A stretch of 58,891 nt of DNA from a virus. Taxonomy: Duplodnaviria; Caudoviricetes. Positions 38,054 to 47,440 of this stretch are shown here, in pieces (position 1 is the first letter of the stretch; every line of letters begins with the position of its first letter). Made by a program: the position numbers and the translations under genes. The stretch lies in IMG/VR virus record IMGVR_UViG_3300024289_000039, positions 1 through 58,891 of that record. One strand, given 5' to 3'. The notes below the pieces were generated by a model. That model saw nothing but the letters and a program-made list of their open reading frames with translations. It ran no database searches and was not told the DNA's origin.

Positions 38054-38394
38054 TACTTCAGCCTTTCAAGTTTATAGAGCGTCTGCATATGGAGAGCTGT
38101 AAGCTCATCCAAAATGTTTTCCAGTGCAGGAATATTTTTGCAGATTTTCTCACGATTCTCATTGAGCCACAATAGCTCTTCTTTGATCATTTCTTTAGGA
38201 TCGCCTTTTTCTGGCAAACCTTCAACAACTCCGAATACACCTTGATAGGCTTCGACGAAATTGTCGAGGGTCCCGACAAGATTTTCGTAGTACTTGCCCA
38301 AAGATTTATGCTCGGAGTAGGAGTCCGTCAGCCAATGCTGAACGTGCGCATGGTTGCGAGCATTGAACATTCGGATGATAAGCTGATCGATCAT
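38053..38394 (-). CDS. Ferritin/Dps-like four-helix protein (DUF5856-like)
   Basis: HVQHW...SYSEHKSLGKYY...DNFVEAYQG...LENILDE...TLYKL. Confidence 0.7.
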   Translation of the reverse strand: MIDQLIIRMFNARNHAHVQHWLTDSYSEHKSLGKYYENLVGTLDNFVEAYQGVFGVVEGLPEKGDPKEMIKEELLWLNENREKICKNIPALENILDELTALHMQTLYKLERLK

Positions 38395-40775
38395 CAGAAC
38401 GTTCCCCCTGAAATGCCGCCCCAAGCTGGCGCGCTAGTTCCGTTCGATTTGAGAACTTGGCCCGTTGTTCCATTCGAGATGAATGACGTGGTGCCAGATC
38501 CAGTCTGATAAACGAGCTGACTAGCAATGCCGCCAGCGATGTTGTTTGCGATCGAGGCAGTCGATGCATTGGTGGCATTGGATGCATTCCCAACCGTTAT
38601 CGTCGCAGGATCAGACCACTGCGGAGCAGAGGCCGAAGACGTCATTATGTAGCCAGCACCCGGCAGAGCGAGCTTCGACAAAGTCGTCGAACCGCTCGCA
38701 TAAATAGTATCGCCAGCCGTATAACTCGTCAGGTTGGTTCCGCCGTAAGCGACCCCAATCGCGGTTGCGTTCCAAGTCCCAACAGTTACTGTTCCAAGGC
38801 CTGTGATGCCAGTGTAAGAGCCACTCAGATAACTTGTGCCGATTGTTCCGGACGTGATCTGAGACCCAGCGATTGCGATAGAAACATCAGAGGCCGAAGT
38901 GATCTGCCCTTGGGCATTCACTGCTAGGGTTACAGCAGTAGCTGCTCCGCCATAAGTTCCAGAAGTTACTCCGCTGTTGGCGATGTTAAATGTATACGCT
39001 GGTGATTCAGAGAGGCCCGTTCCTGCCGAATAAGTCAGCGGTGCGCCAAACTGAGAGAATACTATTGCTGTAGTTCCCATTGTTATCGGGAGAGGGGTCT
39101 GTTGGACCCAAGAAGTATTCGCAAGCGAAGACCCGGCTGTGATCAAAAAGAAATCGCCAGCATCTACTTGATTTACACCAGTTCCGGGGGTGTCAAAATC
39201 TGTAGCGCGCGTCAGAATAAAAGGCGCGCCCCCGCTGCCAGTTTGAGTGACAACGTAAACACCATTTTGGGCGCCGCTAACTTGATTTTTCACCAAAATG
39301 CGATTGGTCGCAGCGACAAGCGTACCATCAACGGACAAAGCACCATTCGCCGTTGCGGTCAGAGTCGCCCCGACCCCGGAGGTACCATTGTTGTATGTGC
39401 AAGATGGAAGTGCAGCGGTAGTAGCCAACCGGCATGATTGATGAAAGTTTATTCCTGCCGCAATTGAATCAGCGTAGGTCTTGTTAACAATATCATTTCC
39501 AGAAGAAGGCGCTGTTGTAATAGTGCCAGTGGTCATTGCCACAGACGTAAACGTGCCCGCTCCAGGAGTTGTTCCGCCAATCGTGGCTCCATCAACTGTG
39601 CCACCCGTAATTGCAACAGCAGAAGCATTCTGCGTCGACATCGTGCCCAAGCCAGTCACATCGCTGCTCGGGATTGAAGCCGCAGCAGTGAACGCCGAGG
39701 AGCCGTTGCCTTTCACATATCCGGTCAGTGTCGTCGCGCCTGTGCCGCCATTGGCGACGTTCAGCGTGCCAGACATCGTAAGAGTTCCGCCGCCCGTTAT
39801 GGGTCCGCCGGTGAACGTCATGCCTGTCGTGCCACCAGAAGCGTCGACAGACGTTACGGTGCCTGCACCTGCGACAGTTCCCCACTCAAACCCGGAGCCG
39901 TTCCACTTCAACAGGAGACCTGCCGCGCCCGGAGCAGCAATGAACGAAGTTGATCCAGAAGCAGTTTGATAAGGGATGCTATTCGCAGAGCCGTCTGCGA
40001 GATTCATCGCAGAAGCCACAGACAAAGTATTCGCATCGACCCAAACATATTCACTGGCGCCAGTCGACTGAAGGAGCTGTCCTGCTGCGCCAACGGGACC
40101 GACGTACATGCCATCGGCACCGCACCAAATGATCGCGCCATTGTCTGGCACAATGCTTTTTGCAGTGCCACCATTTGCCAGACCGAGGATACCATCGACT
40201 TCATTGTCGACAGAAAGATTCACAGCCGGATGCTTGTGATCGTCTCGCGAAATGTTGGACGAAGAGCCTGCGGATCCGCTCTGGAATCCAGATTGTGGTG
40301 TGGCAGAAGAAAGGTTAGCGTTGATCGTGACATTGGAATTCAATGCCCCGCCGCCGTTCAAACCTGTTCCTGCGATCACCTGACGAGTTGTCGGGACATA
40401 ACCGCTAATCGTCGCAGGAACAGTCGTTGCAGCGGTCACACGACCCGTAGCATCAACCGTAAATACCGGGATGTCTGTCGCTGTGCCGTAGCTTCCGGCT
40501 GTCACACCCGATGCGGCGAGCTGCGAGGTACCGATCCCGCCATTCGCGACACTTAGTGTGACATTGCTTGAGAGCTGACCGCCGCCCGTTAGTCCGGTGC
40601 CAGCGATAACTTGCCGAGTCGTCGGGACACCAGCAACGCTCAAAAGGTCTCCAACACGGATCTGATAATTGTTACCTTGGTAAACAATCATCATAAGGCT
40701 GTTTTCGTCAGCAACCGGAGCAAGGGGAAGCTGAGTGATCCGCGTCGGGATTAGATTGCTAGGGACTTCAACCAT
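38394..40775 (-). CDS. Long tail fibre protein
   Basis: 793 aa with internal repeats (VPTTRQVIAGTGL x2; SGVTxGxYG x2), RILVKNQ..AQNGVY, ends GGTF. Confidence 0.8.
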   Translation of the reverse strand: MVEVPSNLIPTRITQLPLAPVADENSLMMIVYQGNNYQIRVGDLLSVAGVPTTRQVIAGTGLTGGGQLSSNVTLSVANGGIGTSQLAASGVTAGSYGTATDIPVFTVDATGRVTAATTVPATISGYVPTTRQVIAGTGLNGGGALNSNVTINANLSSATPQSGFQSGSAGSSSNISRDDHKHPAVNLSVDNEVDGILGLANGGTAKSIVPDNGAIIWCGADGMYVGPVGAAGQLLQSTGASEYVWVDANTLSVASAMNLADGSANSIPYQTASGSTSFIAAPGAAGLLLKWNGSGFEWGTVAGAGTVTSVDASGGTTGMTFTGGPITGGGTLTMSGTLNVANGGTGATTLTGYVKGNGSSAFTAAASIPSSDVTGLGTMSTQNASAVAITGGTVDGATIGGTTPGAGTFTSVAMTTGTITTAPSSGNDIVNKTYADSIAAGINFHQSCRLATTAALPSCTYNNGTSGVGATLTATANGALSVDGTLVAATNRILVKNQVSGAQNGVYVVTQTGSGGAPFILTRATDFDTPGTGVNQVDAGDFFLITAGSSLANTSWVQQTPLPITMGTTAIVFSQFGAPLTYSAGTGLSESPAYTFNIANSGVTSGTYGGAATAVTLAVNAQGQITSASDVSIAIAGSQITSGTIGTSYLSGSYTGITGLGTVTVGTWNATAIGVAYGGTNLTSYTAGDTIYASGSTTLSKLALPGAGYIMTSSASAPQWSDPATITVGNASNATNASTASIANNIAGGIASQLVYQTGSGTTSFISNGTTGQVLKSNGTSAPAWGGISGGTF

Positions 40776-40778
40776 GAA

Positions 40779-41084
40779 TCACAGCTCCAGATAGCTGTCG
40801 CCATCTTCGGTTATGATAAACTCGTCACCCTGCTCTTGGATCAAGCCTGCAGGGTGCGTGTTTATCGGCGTATCGGGGCGATTAAAAGGAAGAACGATCT
40901 GATCCGGAGCTCTCGGAGCGAGCCGATAGGGGTCATAATCGTCGGTGTCTGCCTCGCAAACCATCAGATTCGGATAGTTTGGGTCAGAGCGGAGCTCTGC
41001 AAGCAGAAATTTGCGCGAGCATCGGGCGCAAATCCCGATACCAAAAGTCGGCTGTCCTCGAACGTCGAGAAATCGCCCGCTCAT
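40779..41084 (-). CDS. Small Cys-motif structural-region protein
   Basis: GICARC...LMVC...DDYDP. Confidence 0.7.
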   Translation of the reverse strand: MSGRFLDVRGQPTFGIGICARCSRKFLLAELRSDPNYPNLMVCEADTDDYDPYRLAPRAPDQIVLPFNRPDTPINTHPAGLIQEQGDEFIITEDGDSYLEL

Positions 41085-42061
41085 TTGGTATATGCTCCAA
41101 TTCCAGGGTTTATTTGGATCGGCGAGCCGTCATTGTCACCGTCCCACGCTCGCTGCATGCTGATCGAAGCACGCTGCTCAAGAACCGGGATCAGCTGAAG
41201 GTCGACGGACGGAGTTTCCGCAGCCATTCGAGCAGCCAATCCATTGACGATGGCTTCAATCCAACGCTGCGGGACTTCGACTTCCTGCTGAAGATTCTCG
41301 GTGTCCATGATCTGACGATGACGCCAAAGGATCAACTGCGCCTGTTCAGCAGCAGAGAAAGGCGCAGGCCAGATATTTACGACCGGATCAGGGATGTCCC
41401 TCTGGAACCAGTAATTGCTCGGTCTGCCGGGGAACACCTTGTTGCTTTGCTGAACATAGGCGTCTCGGTTCAATGCACCGAGCGGGATCTCTTGCGGCAT
41501 GTTGCCAAGCGTTATTACCGAATAAGACATCGGGCTGGTCGAAGTTATCCGGAAGTAAGCGTAGGCGGTCGCCGCAGAAATATCTGTCCAAGTAATCTCG
41601 CCAGCAGAAGCGGTCTCCGAAGAAGAACCAACCGTCACCCACACAGAGCCGTTCGTGCTGACTTGGAAAGTAACAGGCACCGCGGCCGCAGACCATTTGA
41701 TCCCGACGGTGTCGACGACGGTGCTCGTTGTGAAACTTACCGTGTAAGACGTTGACGTTGTTGTGGTTGCTCCGGTCACAGGCTGCAGGACACGGTAATT
41801 CAGATTGAGAACTTCGACCGTTCCCGCAGGCAAAGTGACAATAGGCTGGTTCTCATACATCGGAAGGATAACCTTCTCGATGCACCAGCTTGGCGTCTTA
41901 ATGTTCGCCATCTCGGAGAGCATGAGATAAAGCGAATCGAGCGCATAACTGTGCATTTCGGAGGTTATTGCTTGTGCTGGCAACCGACAACGCCTGAAGG
42001 CGTGGTCAACGACCTTCAGAGCATTAAACGTCGTTCCGCTCACGTTGCCAGAAAAAGCCAT
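41081..42061 (-). CDS. Head-tail connector/tail tubular protein
   Basis: AFRRC, GRPSNYW, IWPAP, EVPQRWIEAIVNGLA; position after head genes. Confidence 0.65.
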   Translation of the reverse strand: MAFSGNVSGTTFNALKVVDHAFRRCRLPAQAITSEMHSYALDSLYLMLSEMANIKTPSWCIEKVILPMYENQPIVTLPAGTVEVLNLNYRVLQPVTGATTTTSTSYTVSFTTSTVVDTVGIKWSAAAVPVTFQVSTNGSVWVTVGSSSETASAGEITWTDISAATAYAYFRITSTSPMSYSVITLGNMPQEIPLGALNRDAYVQQSNKVFPGRPSNYWFQRDIPDPVVNIWPAPFSAAEQAQLILWRHRQIMDTENLQQEVEVPQRWIEAIVNGLAARMAAETPSVDLQLIPVLEQRASISMQRAWDGDNDGSPIQINPGIGAYTK

Positions 42062-42143
42062 GCCATCCTCTTGCGATTCAGAGTGGCTGCTGTTTCAGCA
42101 AACCCGCCAACCTATTATGTTCTACGCGCACAGCAAGAAAAAG

Positions 42144-42614
42144 TTATTTCTTCTTGGCGTTGCGAGCTTCAGAAAGAGCAATGGCGAGAGCCTGCTTTTT
42201 GTTCTTCACGACCGGACCGCTTTTGCTGCCGGAGTGAAGCTCTCCTGCCTTGTATTCGCCCATAACCTTGCCGATTTTCTTTTCGGCCATCCCGCCCTTT
42301 TTCATCGGCGAGATCATGGGAGTCGCCGGGGCGACCGGAACACCCTTGCGCATTCCCGGATTCTTGTTGCCGCGAATCCCGAGCTTGCTACGGTCAGCGA
42401 TCATGCCCGGAGGAGCAGACGGACCTTTGTTGTTGTCCATCGCACTCTTCATGACTTTCGCCTTGGCGAAGTTCTTGCTCTCGTTCTTCATGGGCGGATT
42501 GCCAGCAGCCAAACCGCCTTCCGCCTTTTTCATGACTTTGCCACCCCAGCACATGCCGATTGGCTTGCCAGCAGGCGTAAAGTCAAATTCCTTGACGTAT
42601 TTAAACTTGGTCAT
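42144..42614 (-). CDS. Basic protein with DUF6496-like C-terminus
   Basis: KIGKVMGEYKAGELHSG...KQALAIALSEAR; several KxGG motifs. Confidence 0.7.
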   Translation of the reverse strand: MTKFKYVKEFDFTPAGKPIGMCWGGKVMKKAEGGLAAGNPPMKNESKNFAKAKVMKSAMDNNKGPSAPPGMIADRSKLGIRGNKNPGMRKGVPVAPATPMISPMKKGGMAEKKIGKVMGEYKAGELHSGSKSGPVVKNKKQALAIALSEARNAKKK

Positions 42615-42623
42615 GGATCACCT

Positions 42624-43034
42624 TCACGAACTGGCGTAAGTCTTGATTGCTTCAATGACGATCGTGTACATGTCGCCAGCCGAAGCGTCGGACGTCGTAA
42701 ACAGAACGTCGCCGGTTACGCCTGCTCCCGCATTGCTCGGGATGCCGCCAAACGTCGAAAAATCCATTAGATAGTTCGTGTTTTGCGGGATCATCCAAGC
42801 AAACGTATCGGTCGTCGCATCAAAAAGGATCCGGACCTCCATCCCGTGGGTGGTGGACCAGATCTTGTTGATCTTGACGCCATTGCAGGCATTGCCATTG
42901 GCATTCGGGCTGAGGGTCGAAACGTCAATCTTTACGACAGCCGTTTCGCCAGTACCGTCCGAAATGTTGGTGAACTTGCCGATGAACAGACGCTCACCGT
43001 CAAGAATCGTCTGGGAAGAGACGGTATCCGCCAT
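42624..43034 (-). CDS. Virion structural protein
   Basis: MADTVSSQTILDG...TNISDGTGE...GDVLFTT. Confidence 0.7.
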   Translation of the reverse strand: MADTVSSQTILDGERLFIGKFTNISDGTGETAVVKIDVSTLSPNANGNACNGVKINKIWSTTHGMEVRILFDATTDTFAWMIPQNTNYLMDFSTFGGIPSNAGAGVTGDVLFTTSDASAGDMYTIVIEAIKTYASS

Positions 43035-43046
43035 TGTGGCCTCCTA

Positions 43047-43442
43047 TTAGGCAGCCACAGCGCCGCTGATACCAATGATCGCCCAGCCAGCCGCCGTGTA
43101 AATCAGGGTCGCAGAATCACCGACGTTCGTGAAGGTGATGGTCGTGAAACCAATCTTGGTGGTCGGCGTCAGGACCGCAGAGCCGCCATCAACGACGTGG
43201 CTGATGATCTTGATCTGGCCAGCGGTGCCATTGGCGAGCGTAAGAGCCTGCGCAGCGCCCGTCGTGGTCAGCGACGTGAACATGTCGGTCAGGTTCACAG
43301 CGCCAGCGCCGGACAGCGACTGAACGGAAGCCTGAACGTCGCCAACGATGTTGCCAGTGATGTTGCCAGTGACGTTGCCAGTGAGCGCGCCAATGAAACC
43401 ATTCGTCGAGGTGACGGGACCGGAGAAAGTAGTAGAAGCCAT
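43047..43442 (-). CDS. Head fibre/decoration protein
   Basis: MASTTFSGPV, GNVTGNITGNIVGDV repeats; directly after capsid. Confidence 0.7.
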   Translation of the reverse strand: MASTTFSGPVTSTNGFIGALTGNVTGNITGNIVGDVQASVQSLSGAGAVNLTDMFTSLTTTGAAQALTLANGTAGQIKIISHVVDGGSAVLTPTTKIGFTTITFTNVGDSATLIYTAAGWAIIGISGAVAA

Positions 43443-43449
43443 TTTGAGT

Positions 43450-43567
43450 TCCTCACATGCGAGATAAGTGCAACAGTCTGCATGTCGTCAGCCGGGACTG
43501 TCTGCTGCACCGGGAGAACCCGGATTCCCCCGCCCACTCAGGGGGACGCAACCAGTGGGCGGGGGAA
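43450..43567 (-). promoter_or_regulatory. Structured intergenic RNA after capsid gene
   Basis: Perfect 14-bp stem 43525-43538/43554-43567, 5-bp stem 43510-43523, 9-bp stem 43468-43476/43502-43510. Confidence 0.6.
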
Positions 43568-43572
43568 GTGGC

Positions 43573-44487
43573 TCAGACGCCAGCGGTGCCGTACAGGCCG
43601 CGCGGATCCGTCCAGCCAACGGTGTAACGCTCCGTAGCCTTGTAGCGCATGGAGTCGGTTTCGAAGTCACCTTCCATGGACTTTTCAAGACCACGACGCA
43701 TCATCAGCTTCATACCTTCCGGCGCATCCGTCTGCACCCACCAAGCGGTGGTCGACGTGATACGGGAAAGGTTGGCCTGACCCTTCGACAGCAGGCCCAT
43801 CGACTTGATGGGGTTGATGTCGTTGTCAGCGGTGCCCGTACGCAGAACGCTCTTGAGGAGCACTTCAGCCTGGAACACGTTCGACGGACCAGTCACGATC
43901 TGAGTCGGCGTCAGACGGATACGCTTGCCGTTGTTGTCAACAGCGTTGCGGATCTGAATGAGCAGCTGCTCAAGCGACGTCTGCGAAAGCGCAGCGGCAG
44001 TGTTCAGCTGGTTGCTGAACGTACCGTTGACAATCGGGTGCGCTGTGTTGATCAGAGACACACCGTCGCCGCCCGTGTACGCGCTGTTGAAAGCGCGGTT
44101 CAGGACGTTGGCGGAGAGGGTCTCCTTCGTTTCGATCAGGGACTGCGCGAGGTGCTTCGCGTAGGTCTGGCCGATACGAATGTGGTCGCCGTCTTCCACG
44201 AGGACCTTGGTCAGCGCGAACGCAAGACCGTAGACCTTGTAGAGATAACGCTGCAGGAACAGCACGCCACCAGACTGGTAGCTGACCGCCATGCCATCGG
44301 GGAGTTCCGGCGCCGCACCGAACCCGTACAGGACAGGCTCTTCGTGGTAGTTGCGCTGAATGCCCTTCTGCTCACGGAAGACCATCTTCCATTCGTCAGC
44401 GCGCTGCTCATAGACACCATCGAACACTTCGTTCAGGATGGGCTCAACGACCGACCGGAAGTCGGTACTACGCATAGGAGTAGCCAT
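43573..44487 (-). CDS. Major capsid protein
   Basis: 304 aa, strong codon bias, GGDGVSL...HP, LVEDG, GWTDPRGLYG; after scaffold. Confidence 0.88.
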   Translation of the reverse strand: MATPMRSTDFRSVVEPILNEVFDGVYEQRADEWKMVFREQKGIQRNYHEEPVLYGFGAAPELPDGMAVSYQSGGVLFLQRYLYKVYGLAFALTKVLVEDGDHIRIGQTYAKHLAQSLIETKETLSANVLNRAFNSAYTGGDGVSLINTAHPIVNGTFSNQLNTAAALSQTSLEQLLIQIRNAVDNNGKRIRLTPTQIVTGPSNVFQAEVLLKSVLRTGTADNDINPIKSMGLLSKGQANLSRITSTTAWWVQTDAPEGMKLMMRRGLEKSMEGDFETDSMRYKATERYTVGWTDPRGLYGTAGV

Positions 44488-44502
44488 AGCTCAGAGCCTC
44501 CC

Positions 44503-45102
44503 TTAGACAGAGTTGACAGCAGCCTTGTAGTGGTGCTCGTTGATACGAACGGTCACAACCACATAGGCGTCGGTGAGCGAGTCATTGATGTTGTAAGCGA
44601 AGCCGGTGATCTGGAACTGGCCAGAAGTCGCCTGAATCGCAGACAGGAGCGTGTTCGACAGACCCGTAGAAGTCGAACCACCCGGAGAGGCAACAACCCA
44701 GTCGCACTCCTCGCCGACAGCGGACTGAACCGAGTCGGTGCCAGCAGTGCCGGGATTGTTGTACTGGACGTCGAAGAGCGTTTCCGGGTCGTCATAGACC
44801 CAAGCAACGATCTGCGTTCCGGTCGTGCCACCCGGCCAGTAAGGCGAAATGGTGGGCTTGCCGGAGGAGTCAAGATACTGCACACCGGCGAAGATGCCAA
44901 GCAGCGCAACGCCATCGACGGTGCCCGAGCGGGTGCCATCGGAGGTGCCAAGCTGAATAACGCCGTTGTCGGTGAGCTTTACAGGGTCGCCCGAGAAAAT
45001 GCTAGCAGCATAGGTCGAAGCGATCGTATAGGCTTTCGGCCGCATCTGGCCACTGTTGTGGTACGACGGACGGAAGCCAAAGGGCGCGCTAGTCGAAGAC
45101 AT
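44503..45102 (-). CDS. Capsid cement/decoration protein
   Basis: APFGFRP...IFSGDPV...VYDDP; high codon bias, directly before capsid. Confidence 0.7.
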   Translation of the reverse strand: MSSTSAPFGFRPSYHNSGQMRPKAYTIASTYAASIFSGDPVKLTDNGVIQLGTSDGTRSGTVDGVALLGIFAGVQYLDSSGKPTISPYWPGGTTGTQIVAWVYDDPETLFDVQYNNPGTAGTDSVQSAVGEECDWVVASPGGSTSTGLSNTLLSAIQATSGQFQITGFAYNINDSLTDAYVVVTVRINEHHYKAAVNSV

Positions 45103-45131
45103 AGTTGCTCCTATTGGGTTTAGGGGTTGCG

Positions 45132-45662
45132 TTAGGAGAGATCAAAGATCGGCTCCCGTTGCTGCCCAATCTCCATGTTGCCATCGCCCATTGTCAACTT
45201 CGACTTGGATGCCCTAGCCTGTTGCTCGAGGAACTCTGCCGTATCGGTGAGCTTTTCCTCTTCCCGCATCGGCGCGTCGTGATGAGCTTCGCGCATGTAC
45301 TTTTCGTACAGTGAGAGGGGGAGCTTGAAAGCAAGCATCTCGTTCACCCCGATGAACCCCTGCCAATCACCAGTTTTGATGGTGGCATATTCCCAGCCGG
45401 GAACGTCTTCCGGCTTGACGGGTTCGTAGCCCAGACGAATTCTCATCTGGATGGAATCTCGAGGATTAGTCGTAGTGAGCCAGCAGCAGTGCCAGCCTGG
45501 GATCTGTGGCAAGTCCGGAAGAGAGGACTGGAAGAATTGTTGACGGAACATTGCAACCCGCTCATCGTCGGAGATCTCGCGGTTCTCAGTGACAGCCCTA
45601 TCGGCCATCGCACGGTTAGCGCGATTCTCACCAGCGGATTTCTTGAATCGTTCGTCAGTCAT
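45132..45662 (-). CDS. Conserved head-region protein
   Basis: PGWHCCW...GYEPVK...IGVNEMLAFKLP. Confidence 0.7.
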   Translation of the reverse strand: MTDERFKKSAGENRANRAMADRAVTENREISDDERVAMFRQQFFQSSLPDLPQIPGWHCCWLTTTNPRDSIQMRIRLGYEPVKPEDVPGWEYATIKTGDWQGFIGVNEMLAFKLPLSLYEKYMREAHHDAPMREEEKLTDTAEFLEQQARASKSKLTMGDGNMEIGQQREPIFDLS

Positions 45663-45724
45663 GTCTCGCTCCTTGCAGCGATTGAGTTGATTATTTCCGG
45701 TTTAGCGCTAAAAGGAAAGTCCTT

Positions 45725-46687
45725 TTATTGCTTGTTCATTCGGTCGTACTCGGCGTAGCGTTTGACGTACTTCATACGCAGAACCGGGTCATCCCAAACA
45801 CCTGCTTCGATCAGCGCCTGCTTTCTTTCAGGGCTAATGAAGATTTCCTTGCGGGTGGTCGCAGGCGCATGCTCTTTACCAGAGCCCACTGCCGGACCGC
45901 CGCGCGGCTGACGCTCTTTTTCGACCTTGGCTGCTGGCTTGGACGGCTGACCGAACCTTTCGGGAAGTCGGCGTGCAGCGCGAGAACGGAGCTCGTCCCA
46001 GTAGTCTTCCGTCTGGGGGTTGAACCCGTCTTTGGCCAGAGCTTGATCGATCGCGAGGACGATGGCGGAATCTTCGTCACGACCCTGCGGATCGTACCAA
46101 GGATTCTCGTTGATGAACTCGCGAGCGTAGTGCATCGTCAGGTCGTCGACCTTCGGAGCAGGGACAGCCTGTTTGGCAGCCTGCTGCTTCTGAGCTGCAA
46201 GCTGATTGGCCATCGAGATCGCCTGATCGCGATAGCGCAACGCCTGAGCGACGTCCGCCCCATTGCCAGACTCAATCGCCTTAGCGATGACTCGCTCGGC
46301 GAGCTCGGCATCACGTTTAGCTTTTTCTATCTGAGCATCAATCTGGTTGATGTCAAACTGCTGGGATCTCTGCTCCTGAGCGGTCAGTCGCCGCTCAAGT
46401 TCGTCATTCCGTTTGCGCAGGAAATCTAGTTCGAGCTTGTCTCGAGTAATTGCTTTTTCTCGACGCTCTTTCCGCTCCTGCTTTTCCTGACGACGACGCT
46501 CGCGGATAGCTTCGCGTTCAGCCTCGTCAGCATCGTCTGCTTTTTGGACCACACGCTCATCTTCATCCTCGGAGTCATCCTCGGTTTCAGGAGCAGCAGC
46601 TTTTGCCGGATCTTCTTCGACAATGACAAGTTCTTCTTCCTTGCCCTTCACATCGACTTCATCGTCTTCTTTCAAAACGTCAGCCAT
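45725..46687 (-). CDS. Capsid scaffolding protein
   Basis: Acidic N-terminus, long coiled coil, NPWY, between portal and capsid. Confidence 0.75.
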   Translation of the reverse strand: MADVLKEDDEVDVKGKEEELVIVEEDPAKAAAPETEDDSEDEDERVVQKADDADEAEREAIRERRRQEKQERKERREKAITRDKLELDFLRKRNDELERRLTAQEQRSQQFDINQIDAQIEKAKRDAELAERVIAKAIESGNGADVAQALRYRDQAISMANQLAAQKQQAAKQAVPAPKVDDLTMHYAREFINENPWYDPQGRDEDSAIVLAIDQALAKDGFNPQTEDYWDELRSRAARRLPERFGQPSKPAAKVEKERQPRGGPAVGSGKEHAPATTRKEIFISPERKQALIEAGVWDDPVLRMKYVKRYAEYDRMNKQ

Positions 46688-46700
46688 TGTTCATCTCCTA

Positions 46701-47111
46701 TCAGATGAATGCTTTTACAGCAAGCGGGTCGCCGGTCACGTCACCAATGATGTCGAGGTCGTTGAAGATTACGAACATCGCATTGTCATCGCGGGTGACA
46801 GGAACCTCCCAGCGGTCGCCGCCGTATTTCGGAACACGGACGAAATCGCCCGGATGGCACCAATCGCCTTCCGGCCACGCCTGCATCGTGTCACGATTTT
46901 TGAATGCCAGCGGACCGAGCGAGATCACCTTAGCGACCTGCGTGTTCCACTTCTCGGTGTCTCGGGTGTCCTCAGCGAGGATAATGCCACCTTTTGACAC
47001 CCGCTTGGGTGTGCGAATCTGCACCAGAACGCGGCTACCGAAAGGCCGGACGCCGGGATCAACCGGCGGAAAGGCTTCCGCAATGGCGTTCTCAGAGGTC
47101 TTTGTCTCCAT
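46701..47111 (-). CDS. GroES/Cpn10-like co-chaperonin
   Basis: RPFGSRVLV...SKGGIIL...VISLGP...GDFV..PKYGG...FNDLDIIG. Confidence 0.88.
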   Translation of the reverse strand: METKTSENAIAEAFPPVDPGVRPFGSRVLVQIRTPKRVSKGGIILAEDTRDTEKWNTQVAKVISLGPLAFKNRDTMQAWPEGDWCHPGDFVRVPKYGGDRWEVPVTRDDNAMFVIFNDLDIIGDVTGDPLAVKAFI

Positions 47112-47289
47112 ACTGCTCCTCATCCAGAAGTTGCAAAAGTACGTTGATTGCTGCCTCGTAGCCTGCTACGACGCCAACGCGATACCCGTACTCGAAAGCA
47201 TCGCGCTCTTGCGGCCGACTCAAAGCGCCAAGAGCAAACTCTTGCTGCTTGGCTTTGAGTTGAGCCAGAAGTTGTGTTTCGAAATTCAC
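47092..47289 (-). CDS. Small hypothetical protein
   Basis: 65-aa coupled ORF (EYGYRVGVVAG). Confidence 0.7.
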   Translation of the reverse strand: MNFETQLLAQLKAKQQEFALGALSRPQERDAFEYGYRVGVVAGYEAAINVLLQLLDEEQYGDKDL

Positions 47290-47429
47290 GCTTTGGTCTT
47301 CGTGTCTTTGGGCGCGCCAGAACCCGGAAGCGTCTGGCCGTCAACCTTGAGACCCGCAGCCATGCGGTGCTTCTGCTTTACAGCGGCATTGTCGAGAGAA
47401 ACAGTGCCAGTCGTGGGCTTGTCACTCAT
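47286..47429 (-). CDS. Small basic protein
   Basis: Manual translation MSDKPTTG...KQKHRMAAG..., AGGAG RBS. Confidence 0.6.
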   Translation of the reverse strand: MSDKPTTGTVSLDNAAVKQKHRMAAGLKVDGQTLPGSGAPKDTKTKA

Positions 47430-47440
47430 TTTATAACTCC

